Assembly (NCBI GenBank): GCA_037144075.1 | Contig: JBAWXM010000001.1 | Location: 910-64,909 of the forward strand | Direction of reading: 5' to 3' | Length of the DNA: 64,000 nt | Source: Lentisphaerota bacterium | GTDB lineage: Bacteria > Verrucomicrobiota > Lentisphaeria > Victivallales > Victivallaceae | Shown: positions 50,940-60,700 of the stretch, one piece after another | Layout of the letters: the number at the start of each line of letters is the position of its first letter | Position numbering within the stretch: position 1 is the first letter of the stretch | Notes under the pieces: model-generated | What the model was told of the DNA's origin: nothing | Databases searched by the model: none | What the model saw: the letters and a program-made list of their open reading frames with translations, nothing else | Program-made: the position numbers and the translations under genes

Positions 50940-53507
50940 TCACGAGAGAATTTCGTTGATCAGTCCTCTTTTATTCTTGACAGTTTCGTCACGTTTCCCA
51001 GACATCTCTCTAATATGAACAATAATATCATTCAATGACGAAGATAAAATATTTTCAGTCAGATCTTTTTCAAAGCGTAAAACTTTCTCGTCCCCTGGCA
51101 TCAGATCAAAAAAATTGTCATCCGGCAGAAAAGCATCAGCATCGATTCTTACGCTAAAAGCAGGAATATTTGTTTGGATTTTTAACTCTCTCCTGCTACA
51201 GGAGGTAATTTTTATTTTCGGTCTCTGAACTGATTTTCTCTCCCAGTAAAATGGCGCAAATCTGAATTCTTCACCGCTTAACCCCTTATATGAACTGAAA
51301 AGTTTAGTCCTGCGTGACACGATTTCCCCATTATTATTTTTCAATGTGGCACAAACAAATGACGCCAGTGATTCCCAAGGCCAGGAACATGTGGTATTGA
51401 AATATCCTACTTTCATTGAAGTTCCAGATTTTATGGAAACATTTTTCGCATAACCAGCGTCCAGACATCCTGCGGTAAACATATATCTGCCGTAATCCAC
51501 TATTCCCTTGAATACTTCTTTTGAAAGATTGCTCACCCACACGGAAAGTCCCCCTTCCTCATCTTTTAGCGAAACGGAAATCGGCGAGAAAGCGCGTTTC
51601 ATGTAATAAAACATTGCCTTTCGGCGCAGGTAATAATCATGCACTGTCCAGCCGGAAGTAGGCCAGCAATCATTGTACATCCAGAATAACGCACCGGAAC
51701 ATATCCTGATATTGCGTCGGTAAGCGTCAACCATTGACGCCATATGCTCCCCGTGCAGCCGCTGTACGGCTTCTATGTACATTGGCAGTGGAAGCTTTTC
51801 CGGGGTTAAAGTTATATATTTTTTTGCCACGGCAAGCTCGCGCGTTTCAAATAAATCATTGCAATGATGCCGATATACGGGCGATTCCAAAGACAGGTTT
51901 TCCGGCGAAAGGTACTGTTTTACAGATTCAATATCGGGCGGGGAATTCCAGCAGTAAAACTCTGTCATCATTCTGCCGATGGCGGAAGTTCCTATGCGAA
52001 TGTCCGTATTCTCTTCGTTAGTCAAGCCAGCCAGCAGATTATGCGTATCGCCCTCTTGATCACTACGCTGAAATCTCCCACCATAAGGACTGGCTGATCG
52101 ATAAATTGCTCCAGGAATGAATTTTTTGATCATTTCCGGCAATGCTTTGTCCCATATTCTCGCCCCGTAAAAATGAGGAATGCGAACCGAATATACGTCT
52201 TCATAGGCATCATGGATTTCATTGTTCCCGCACCACATTACAATCGATGGGTGATTTCTCAGAATTTTTATACTCTTTTCGGCTTCCTCAAGACAGTTGG
52301 CAAAAAACTTTTCATCATCGTCGGGATAAAGAGCGCATGCATACATAAAATCCTGCCAAATCATGATACCCATTTCATCGCATAAATCATAGAACTTTCT
52401 AGATTCATAGATGCCGCCGCCCCAAACTCTTAACATGTTAAAGTTACAATTAATTGCCTCCCTTAATAGATATTCTCGCTTTGCATCGCCTATCCGCGCA
52501 ACGATTGAATCTGCGGGAACCCAGTTTGCGCCTTTACAGAATACTCTATGTCCGTTAACTTCCAAAACAAAGCTCCTCCCCCCTTCCTTGAGTGGTTTTT
52601 GCAGTAACCTTATTTTCCTTATTCCAAACCGGGTATGCCATATTTTGCTTGCAGCAGGAACCACAATCTCAAAAACATAAAGCTTCGGGCTTCCCGCGCC
52701 GACAGGAAACCAAAGGACCGGATTATTGATTATAAAGATATTTTCATTCAACCCCTTCTTGAGTTTAATGTTTCTGGAGCATACAACCTTCTCGTCAAGA
52801 GAAATTCTCAATTCCGCATCTATGCCGATATCATTTACAGGGTTGAAAGTAAAGGAAGTACAGATTCTGGCAGTCTTAAGATTCTGGTTCAGCACTGATG
52901 ATGCATGAATATCCTCCATATAGCCAAGCTCCGTAACTTCAAGTTTCACTTCTCGCCAAATACCGCAAGTTATCAACCGGGGCGCCCAATCCCATTTGAA
53001 GCAAAACTGTGGCTTGCGAAGCCATATCCGCCGGTATGAATTATCAGTTCCGGCGTATCTTGCAATATCTTTCGTTGCCACAGTATCAAGACCGTTACTG
53101 ATCTTTACCAGAAGGGTATTGCAATCTTTCTTTAATGCAGAAGAGACATCAAATTTATGTGGAACAAAGGCATTCTCCGTTTTTCCGAGAAAATATCCGT
53201 TCAGATAAATTTCCGCAATACAATCAAGTCCGTCGAATACCAGCATTGCCGTAAAATCATTTTTGGGCATATCAAAATTAAATTTCTTTCGATAGCACCA
53301 AAGGCGATTTTCAATTTTTTCAGTTTCATCCGTTCCCAAATCGTGCAGCGGCTCAGTCATTAGTCCATTATTAATGAGGTCAAGATGTACATCGCCGGGA
53401 ACTTCCGCCTTGAACCATTTACCGCCGGGAACAAAATCGCGGATGCCGTTTTTCTGCACCGGTTCTTGCCAGTTAAATTCCCACGTTCCATTAAGTATAA
53501 TATCCAT
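50940..53507 (-). CDS. GH2 beta-mannosidase-type glycoside hydrolase (855 aa)
   Basis: FCFKWDWAP, GANWVPAD and LRNHPSIVMWCGNNEI (the GH2 acid/base block) are present. The domain order is typical of beta-mannosidases. No signal peptide is seen. Confidence 0.85.
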   Translation of the reverse strand: MDIILNGTWEFNWQEPVQKNGIRDFVPGGKWFKAEVPGDVHLDLINNGLMTEPLHDLGTDETEKIENRLWCYRKKFNFDMPKNDFTAMLVFDGLDCIAEIYLNGYFLGKTENAFVPHKFDVSSALKKDCNTLLVKISNGLDTVATKDIARYAGTDNSYRRIWLRKPQFCFKWDWAPRLITCGIWREVKLEVTELGYMEDIHASSVLNQNLKTARICTSFTFNPVNDIGIDAELRISLDEKVVCSRNIKLKKGLNENIFIINNPVLWFPVGAGSPKLYVFEIVVPAASKIWHTRFGIRKIRLLQKPLKEGGRSFVLEVNGHRVFCKGANWVPADSIVARIGDAKREYLLREAINCNFNMLRVWGGGIYESRKFYDLCDEMGIMIWQDFMYACALYPDDDEKFFANCLEEAEKSIKILRNHPSIVMWCGNNEIHDAYEDVYSVRIPHFYGARIWDKALPEMIKKFIPGAIYRSASPYGGRFQRSDQEGDTHNLLAGLTNEENTDIRIGTSAIGRMMTEFYCWNSPPDIESVKQYLSPENLSLESPVYRHHCNDLFETRELAVAKKYITLTPEKLPLPMYIEAVQRLHGEHMASMVDAYRRNIRICSGALFWMYNDCWPTSGWTVHDYYLRRKAMFYYMKRAFSPISVSLKDEEGGLSVWVSNLSKEVFKGIVDYGRYMFTAGCLDAGYAKNVSIKSGTSMKVGYFNTTCSWPWESLASFVCATLKNNNGEIVSRRTKLFSSYKGLSGEEFRFAPFYWERKSVQRPKIKITSCSRRELKIQTNIPAFSVRIDADAFLPDDNFFDLMPGDEKVLRFEKDLTENILSSSLNDIIVHIREMSGKRDETVKNKRGLINEILS

Positions 53508-53697
53508 AATTGCATTCTCCAGTTTACAGTTAAAATTTACAATCCCAAAGGCGTCCTCTGGGCGGTTGTGCCATCGCCTGGGGGCGCAGAATCACCTTGT
53601 AACCAAACCTATCCTATAGTACATCAAAATTACAAGTTCATATCATCATGTATAATGGCATTACATGTCATGAACCTGACCAATTTGGTAATACCAC

Positions 53698-53822
53698 TTC
53701 ATGTAATTGATTGCTCTTGCAAAATGAAGAATCTGCTCCAGCACCCCATTAACTAATACCGACTCTACGATTAAATACACGCAAAACGGTAGCTGCGCTC
53801 CTTTGCATTTACCTGTGATCAT
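53698..53822 (-). pseudogene. Degraded 5' fragment of a LacI-family regulator gene (paralogue of 49811-50785)
   Basis: The - strand reads ...AATVLRVFNRRVGIS, then a stop, then after a frame change VLEQILHFARAINYM. Compare ATVSRVFNRRAGVS...EQILHFAREMNYM in the intact gene. The upstream promoter region is also duplicated. Confidence 0.7.
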
Positions 53823-53874
53823 ATATATTTAGCCCTAATAAATATAATACTCACAGAGAAACCATTTCTATATT

Positions 53875-53902
53875 ATTATAAACCCTTTCATAAAACAGTC
53901 AA
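53875..53902 (-). promoter_or_regulatory. Sigma70-like promoter retained upstream of the LacI remnant (TTGACT-16-TATAAT on the - strand)
   Basis: TATAAT is the reverse complement of 53875-53880 and TTGACT the reverse complement of 53897-53902. Transcription would proceed toward the beta-mannosidase gene. Confidence 0.5.
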
Positions 53903-54056
53903 TAGGCTGTGTTAACAATCATCAAAAAAGAATGAGAATAATTTTTTTCAGCTTACGAATCCCGACAACCATCGCATCGCCAATGGCCGACGAACAATCA
54001 TCGGCGCGAGGCACTTTCCTGCTGCTGCGCTTGTAACGGGGCATTTCCGGGGAACG

Positions 54057-54577
54057 TATTCTCGCACGAAGACACAAAGGCACAAAGCGAATGGCAGAGT
54101 ATTCTTATGTAGCAACAGCCTGCCAATACTGAGTGGCGACCCCGGGAAGTCCCGCCCGCCTGACGGGAGAATATTCAATATCCAATATCCAACACGGAAT
54201 ATCCAATGTCCAAGTGAAAAGCGCAACAGCCGATATTTTATCGTTCCATACGGTTTAAACGAGTGCTGAGTCTGGCTTTCGTCAGGCAACGCCTGACTTT
54301 GGACTGCGGCGACCCTGCGCCGCTTTGGTTCTGCTGTAGAATTTCCATATCTCGGTATCAACTGAATATTCGCGACATCATACCATCCGAGGGAGAGAAT
54401 ATCCAATAACCAACACGAAATATCCAATAACCAACACGGAATATCCAATATCCAAGTGAAATGGTTATCCCTTGTTTGCCGGTTTAAACTGCTGCCAAAT
54501 CTTATCTTTCGCCTGACATTGGATTGCGGCGCAATCATTAACGCCGGTCAGGCTCGGCACTCCCGGGGGCGTTTTTT
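54057..54577 (+). repeat. Composite intergenic repeat C, copy 2, with an internal ~218-nt tandem duplication
   Basis: It starts like copy 1 (TATTCTCGCACGAAGACACAAAGGCACAAAGCGAATGGCAGA). The units beginning GAGAATAT(T/C)CAATA at 54167 and 54385 each carry the AATATCCAA...CCAACACGGAATATCCAAT core followed by GGTTTAAAC...CTGAC.TTGGA.TGCGGCG. It ends in CCCGGGGGCG-TTTTTT. Confidence 0.7.
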
Positions 54578-54658
54578 CGCTGATTATGTTTTATCTACAA
54601 GATATAATTGGCTTAAATCGTTAATGATTAATATTTTAGCGGTATTAATATCAAAAGT

Positions 54659-56314
54659 TCAATATACTTTGATGGAGTCTAAATAGACTCTGATATCCTG
54701 TGCCATGCTGGTTCCTGATGGCCATTCCGGTTGTGCATATAGTCCTCCAAAAGCGAATTTTCGCAATATCTTCTTCTCTAAAATACAATGATGTTCATTT
54801 ACAAAAATCTCAAAATGCTTAGCAGTTAAAATTAATTTAAACTTTACCTCTCCGCGCTTAACTTTATTTTCAAGAACGTATTTTTTACCATCGACGGTTT
54901 TTAATACTATACTGTCAGCTAAAAATTCTTTGTCATATTCTGCCTCGACGACCAACCCGTTACGGGTCTTTCCGCCGATAGAGAATAGCGGGAAATTTTC
55001 TTCGTCCCGTCGATAAAATAATTGCATCGTAAATTCAAAATTTACTTTTTCCGCCATGTTAAGTGCTTCGGACAGTACCACTCCAAGCGTAGCCTCTTTT
55101 AAGCTTAATGACGCAATCTGCCCGCTTATAAACCGCAAACCATTTCGTCCGGCACGCGGCAATAAGAACGGGCGGTCAAATTTTGGCAGTGGCGTGACTT
55201 TCGCCCCCATGATAGTGCTTGGATAGGTATAGGCCAAATATAGTGAATTATTTTCAACAAAACCATTGGGATAGAATGCAATGCCGCTTTCCGGTTGCAC
55301 CAATGGTCCTGGCAGCATAAGATCAACCTCGCCGCCAGGTGCGAAAAATAACGCAAGTTTATGGCGGTCGTGAGGAATACGCTGCGGCAATCCTGCAGGC
55401 CAATCATTCATGACCATTAAAATTGAATCCCTGGCATTGATTTGGCTCAAAGTGAAATTTCGTGAATATATTGTGTCGATTTCCACCGGACGGCATCTGC
55501 TCCATGTCTTTCCTCCGTCGCAACTGACCGCATGTAAAAGCATTTGTTCCGGCCTGGCATAATGGTCAAGCGCGGGGTTATCCTGTGTTGTAGAATTTCT
55601 GATCAGTAATTCGAGTGAGCCATCCTGGCGCTCAAACACCGCCGGTTCCCAAATTGAAGTTTTTTCTGGTCCGATCCCGTCCGGTAAAGTTCCAATTTCA
55701 GTTTTGGTCTGAGCCGCAATTGGTTCGCTCCATTGCCAGCTATTACCGTCATCAAAACTCATTAACAATGCGGCAAAACAGGTATTCCCGACGAGATACT
55801 GTCCGCTCCTGTTAGGTAAACTGCACGGGAAGATCATCACTCCCTTTGAGGTGATTAATCCGTGGTTTGTCGGAAATCCTGTCTCATCGTGCGCCAAAAC
55901 ATCAGGTACATTTTTAACCTCTTTATTTTTCCAATGCACCCCGTCTGTAGACTCTGACACGAACACCCGGCGCGTAAGCATATCGCACCATGCACAAAAA
56001 AGTTTTTCGTCCTTGAAATTGATGAAGGATGGTTGCCACTGATTGTCGCATTTCACCGGATTTTGACAATTCTCTTCTGATGAGAAAAGTTTTATTGGCG
56101 AAGTCCATGTTTGAAAGTCGTCGCTGATGCTTAAAAAGTTATATTGCCCGGATACTCCCTCTTTCGGTAATTCATTCGCATTCCATCCGGCGAAGTATTT
56201 ATCTTTAAATTTTACAATGTCCACGTCATGATTATACCGCAAACATGGCTGCATGTTTGCTTTCGGGACATAAATCGGGAAAAACTCAACTTCCGGCTGA
56301 TAAATCTCTAACAT
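54659..56314 (-). CDS. BNR/Asp-box repeat glycoside hydrolase (sialidase-like beta-propeller) with C-terminal beta-sandwich
   Basis: Four Asp-box-like motifs are present: SDDFQTW, STDGVHW, FDDGNSW and SCDGGKTW. Confidence 0.65.
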   Translation of the reverse strand: MLEIYQPEVEFFPIYVPKANMQPCLRYNHDVDIVKFKDKYFAGWNANELPKEGVSGQYNFLSISDDFQTWTSPIKLFSSEENCQNPVKCDNQWQPSFINFKDEKLFCAWCDMLTRRVFVSESTDGVHWKNKEVKNVPDVLAHDETGFPTNHGLITSKGVMIFPCSLPNRSGQYLVGNTCFAALLMSFDDGNSWQWSEPIAAQTKTEIGTLPDGIGPEKTSIWEPAVFERQDGSLELLIRNSTTQDNPALDHYARPEQMLLHAVSCDGGKTWSRCRPVEIDTIYSRNFTLSQINARDSILMVMNDWPAGLPQRIPHDRHKLALFFAPGGEVDLMLPGPLVQPESGIAFYPNGFVENNSLYLAYTYPSTIMGAKVTPLPKFDRPFLLPRAGRNGLRFISGQIASLSLKEATLGVVLSEALNMAEKVNFEFTMQLFYRRDEENFPLFSIGGKTRNGLVVEAEYDKEFLADSIVLKTVDGKKYVLENKVKRGEVKFKLILTAKHFEIFVNEHHCILEKKILRKFAFGGLYAQPEWPSGTSMAQDIRVYLDSIKVY

Positions 56315-56322
56315 GACAACCT

Positions 56323-57009
56323 CTAATATTTTACTGAAATTACATTTTTGCCGACATTCAACGGTACTTTAAAACCATTATACAATACATTAACTTCAAC
56401 ATTCCTGCCGTTACAGATTACGCTTTGCGGTCTTATTGACTTTCCCAGCACCAGCAGAGCCTGTGAGTTGGCGTCTAATTCCAAAGTCATCTGCCGTAAC
56501 ATGGGATCATAAATGCCGTTCATCAATCGCGAATCGCGTATTTCGGATATTGCCGGAGCATTGTGCTTGTTCCAAATCACCGTGCCAAGCTGGAAAGGCG
56601 TACATACTCCCGGCCAGTTGCTGCGGAGAAAATCCCCTTTTATCTTCAACGTTTCAAGCGTCCAATTCTCCAGAGGGACATTCGTATCATGGTACAACAT
56701 GGCCAGCGGTTGAAAGTATGGACTTGTCATGATATTGCCTTTCCCGCTTTTCACCAGTGAGGGAATTGCATATTCATCAAGATAATTATTAACTTCCGCA
56801 TCGGCGTATTTTAAGTAAAGCTGATTCAAGCAGCCTGGATACCCTTGCGAAAAATCAAAGAGATCCATGGCATTGATAAAATTAAAGCTATTGGATGGGA
56901 AACGCATATTTTTAAACCCTTCTTCGCCAAATCCGGTAATAACACCCAGTTCATTCACGTTCTGCTCGTTAACGGATTGGGCAATATATTCCTTAAATGA
57001 CAACCGCAT
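56323..57009 (-). CDS. Hypothetical protein (228 aa)
   Basis: The ORF lies 9 nt upstream of the BNR gene on the same strand. I recognise no motif. Confidence 0.45.
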   Translation of the reverse strand: MRLSFKEYIAQSVNEQNVNELGVITGFGEEGFKNMRFPSNSFNFINAMDLFDFSQGYPGCLNQLYLKYADAEVNNYLDEYAIPSLVKSGKGNIMTSPYFQPLAMLYHDTNVPLENWTLETLKIKGDFLRSNWPGVCTPFQLGTVIWNKHNAPAISEIRDSRLMNGIYDPMLRQMTLELDANSQALLVLGKSIRPQSVICNGRNVEVNVLYNGFKVPLNVGKNVISVKY

Positions 57010-57096
57010 CGCCGTCGCGAGCTTTTATCCGACAGCAGCCGGACGAAAATATGATCTGAAAACCGTTTGACGCAACTGGACATTTTTCTTCTCCTT

Positions 57097-57759
57097 CTAT
57101 CTGACCCTTTCCACCGTAAGATCGCGCAGGTACACTGTTCCTTCCCCGCCGGTAATCCCAAGCAGCAGGGTGATTTTATCGCACCCGAAAGGGAGCGAGG
57201 TTTTGAAAGAGACATTCAGCCAATCGAAGGAACCCGTAAGCGCCTTGGCGGAGGGCCATTGAACTTTATCATTTACATTGAAATAAGCTCCGACACGACT
57301 ACCGCCGTCCGGTCGCGTTTCCTTGATGTTTTCTCCTTTCACCATGCAGGCAACAAGGATCATGCTGTTCTCTGGAACACTCAGCGTAATGCGGGCACAT
57401 TCGGCGCCGGGGCTGCTAAGTTTGAACACTTTTCGCCCGTCTAGCACGATCACTTCGATTTTCCCTTTAGTGCCTTCAAAACCCTTCTCCGAATCCAACG
57501 GGTTTTGAAAAATCACTTCCGTTTCGACAGCTCTCTTTTCCTCCCTGGGATTTGCGGAAGGAGCCAACGTTACCTGTGCCGCCTTTTCCAGGGTTTCCGC
57601 AGACAAGCGCAGTTTCTGATTTTCCTCCTTCAGTGCCAGTAAATTCTCTTTTTCCTGTTCGACTTTTTTCTGTGCTTCCTGAAAAGATACGAGTTCGTCC
57701 GCTCCCAGAGATATCCCGACCAGCGTGATGCCGATAATCAGATATTTTTTCATGATCAA
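57097..57759 (-). CDS. Secreted/anchored protein with N-terminal coiled coil and C-terminal CBM-like beta-sandwich
   Basis: KKYLIIGITLVGISLG is the signal or anchor. It is followed by the heptad-like stretch ELVSFQEAQKKVEQEKENLLALKEENQKLRLSAETLEKAAQ. Confidence 0.55.
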   Translation of the reverse strand: MIMKKYLIIGITLVGISLGADELVSFQEAQKKVEQEKENLLALKEENQKLRLSAETLEKAAQVTLAPSANPREEKRAVETEVIFQNPLDSEKGFEGTKGKIEVIVLDGRKVFKLSSPGAECARITLSVPENSMILVACMVKGENIKETRPDGGSRVGAYFNVNDKVQWPSAKALTGSFDWLNVSFKTSLPFGCDKITLLLGITGGEGTVYLRDLTVERVR

Positions 57760-57769
57760 TCCTTTCGGT

Positions 57770-60700
57770 TTAATTCTTCAGTGGTACTATCGGTACTTTG
57801 TCCAGGCCGGGTGAGGATGCATAATCGCGCGGTCCACTAAGATCAATCTTCTTCTTTCTTCCGGCCCACTCGAATTCGTAGATCCCTTTTCCATTCAAAA
57901 TAAACCAGGCGAGTCCTTTTTCGTCAGCCCTGACCCCATAGCGGCGCCCGTCTGACAGCGTGGTATAGACGTCGACATCGGGCTCGGCGACCACGATCAC
58001 TTCGGCGATCTGCGGATCGGCCAACGGCGGCTGCGGGATCAGCGAATCGCGATAAGCGTCATTCACCGCGTTACGCACATGCGAGAGATATTTCCCGCTG
58101 CTCCAATTGATGCCCATGTAGCCGAAACCGTAGATCTCGTTGCGTTGGTATTCGGGACGAATACCTCGGCCGGAAGCGGATGGCCAGTTTATCCTGATAT
58201 AAGGATATTCATTTTCGGGCCTGCCGTTGTGCCAGTTTGCCGGACGTTCGGCGCGCTGTTTTTTCGGTACTTCGGTTACGCCCCAGGGGGAACCGCTGCC
58301 GTCGGCCTTGAGTTCGACGAATCCGTCCAGACTGAGTCCCATGTAGATTGCGGCGGGAATGCCCTGTTCACGGTAAAGGCGGACCGTTTCCCGGATCTGC
58401 TTCGCCTTCTTTTCCACCCGGGGGGATTCCGGGCCGGGCCAGTCGCCCCAGACATAGGAACAGTACAAGGTCTCGCCGAACAGCGCCGGACGATATTCGA
58501 ACTTTCGCTGCCAGTCGTAGACGAACCAGTCTTTGTGGAATTCCGGGTAATGAACGTTGGCAGGGGTATCCGCTCTGAAGCGGTAGTGTCCGGAATCATA
58601 GGTACAGGAATCGCCGTCGCGGGTGACAATCAGTTCCGGATCGAGTGATTTGACGAATTCGTAATAGGTGTCGGCGATGTCGTCCACGATCTCATTGCGT
58701 TTTTCTAGTCCACGCGAATCGCAGCCTGGCGTTACCAGTTCATTGTCGATCGACCAGATCAGGATGCTGGGGTGATTGCGCATGAGCCGATGCCAGTTGC
58801 GGTAGTTATTCAGATTCAGCTTATGGAAGGAACTCCTGCGGAAAGCGTCAGCGGAACCGAATTGTTTTATCAATGAAGAATCTTTCTTGCGGGAGAAATC
58901 CCCTTGAGGATAGAGCTGGGCGATCAGGAACATGCCGTAGCGGTCGGCCGCCTCGGCCACATCGGGGCGGGTGTGGCAATAGGCGTCGTGCAGCCGCAGG
59001 ATATTGATGTTGTCGTGACGGAGCAACGGGAAGATCACCTCGCGGGCTTTGCCCACGGCGAAAGTCCTCACTCCAAGGTCGCCCTGAAGCTGGAAACGTT
59101 TGCCGTTGTAAAAGAAGTCCAGCCCGTGAATCCAGAATTCGCGGAAACCGAAGCTGTCCACTTTACGGTCGACGAGTCTATCGTCAATGTAGAGATCGCT
59201 CACCAGATCGTAGAGGCAGGGATTTTCCAGTGAATAGAGTTCCGGATCGCGCCATTTTGCCTCCTGGTCTACGATGGTGACTTCATCGGGGGCAAGCCGG
59301 CCGGATTTTTCCGGGAAGCGGAATTTTACGTGGTCGTTGCGGACGGCATACTGAAGTAGTTTATAGGAGACCGGGGTCTTTTCCGGATTGAAGATCTCCG
59401 AGGTCAGCAGCAATGACGCTTTGCGCCACGATGGCCGAATCCAGACGTCGGCGACATGCACCGGGTTGCGATATTCCAGCCGCAGATCGCCGACGATCCC
59501 GTAACAACTGGCTTCCTGATCAGTGATGAGGGGGGTGACGGAATAGTCGATCCGAAGCGTATTTTTATCTTTTTTCAGATTCTTTAATTTCATTTCGACC
59601 AAGCCGACCGTGCCGGAATATTTGCCGCAACTGGCACCATTGCAGAACACTTCGGCGTTGCCGATAATGTTGTCGCAGACGAAATAGACATCGCCACCAG
59701 TGCCGTCAAAGGTGAAATCCTGTTCGAAGGTGACTTTTTTACTGCATATCAGTTCGTTGAACACGCAGTCCTTATAACCTGGAAGCGGACACATTTTGAC
59801 GGAAAAACGGTTTTTCTGGTTCGAGTAGATGTCGTCTGGGTAGTTCCAGAGACGATAGTAGGGGCCGTACATCTCAAGCGGCAATCGTAACGAGGAATCC
59901 AGTTTTTCCTGCTTTTCTCCCGCCCGCCAGACCCCATTCAGGAGGAGCGAGGAACGCAGTCCGGGCGCAGGTTTGAATCTTTCATCAATTGATGCGGCTG
60001 CATCCTTTTCGGCTTCTTTCCTGATCTTTGCATAATTATCCTCGGCGCTCTTTCGGGCAAGTTCAAGCTCCCGCTTCGCCTTGTTCAGACGATCGCGGTT
60101 AGCGGCGAGTTCAGACCGCAACGCCTCCTGCTGCCTTTTCAAAACTTCGGCCTCACGTTCCAGCTTGGCGCGTTGTTGCTTCAGGGTGGTGCGGGAATAG
60201 ACTTGCAGTTGACGTGACAACTCGGCAACATCTTTGCCGTCGGCATCGAAAACGCGACAGCACAACTCGACGTTTCCAGCGCGGAGCGGCACTTCCAATT
60301 CCCAGGTTCCGTCGTTTGTCAGTGTCGTCTGCTTTTCGCCGAGTTTGAGTGTGTATGGGTTTTGATCCGGCGCGAAGAAACGTATATTCAATTGCATTTT
60401 TTTGTCGTCGTCATACAAGGTTTTGGCAGGTACGTTGAAGTTGACGGCAAAACCGTTGTCGTAAGCCTCCGCGCCGAGCTTCCGAGCAGGAGAATCGGCA
60501 TAGAGCTTCACATTATCGAGTACCGAACCGTCAGGCTTTTCCAGCGTCAGGCAGAAGCCGCAGTCAAAAATGCGATCGACCACCTTCAACAACAATAGAT
60601 TCAGACCACGTTTCAGCTTAGCTTTGTAGACGAAACGCGGGGTGGCATCCTGACAGGTTGGAGCACGTCCAATCATCTCCCCGTTCAGATATAACTTGTG

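Noticed and set aside
54167-54460. Repeated AATATCCAA(T/A)A(T/A)CCAACACGGAATATCCAAT blocks, considered as a possible CRISPR array.
   Set aside because: There are only two or three imperfect copies with irregular spacing (22 nt and about 218 nt). No unique spacers of uniform length and no cas genes are present. The same block also occurs singly at 40458-40499.
53948-54538. 196-aa ORF spanning the 54 kb intergenic region.
   Set aside because: It reads straight through the tandem AATATCCAA-type repeats, giving duplicated peptide strings such as ILDIPCWLLDISCWLLDI. It has no start context. It is an artefact of repeat C.
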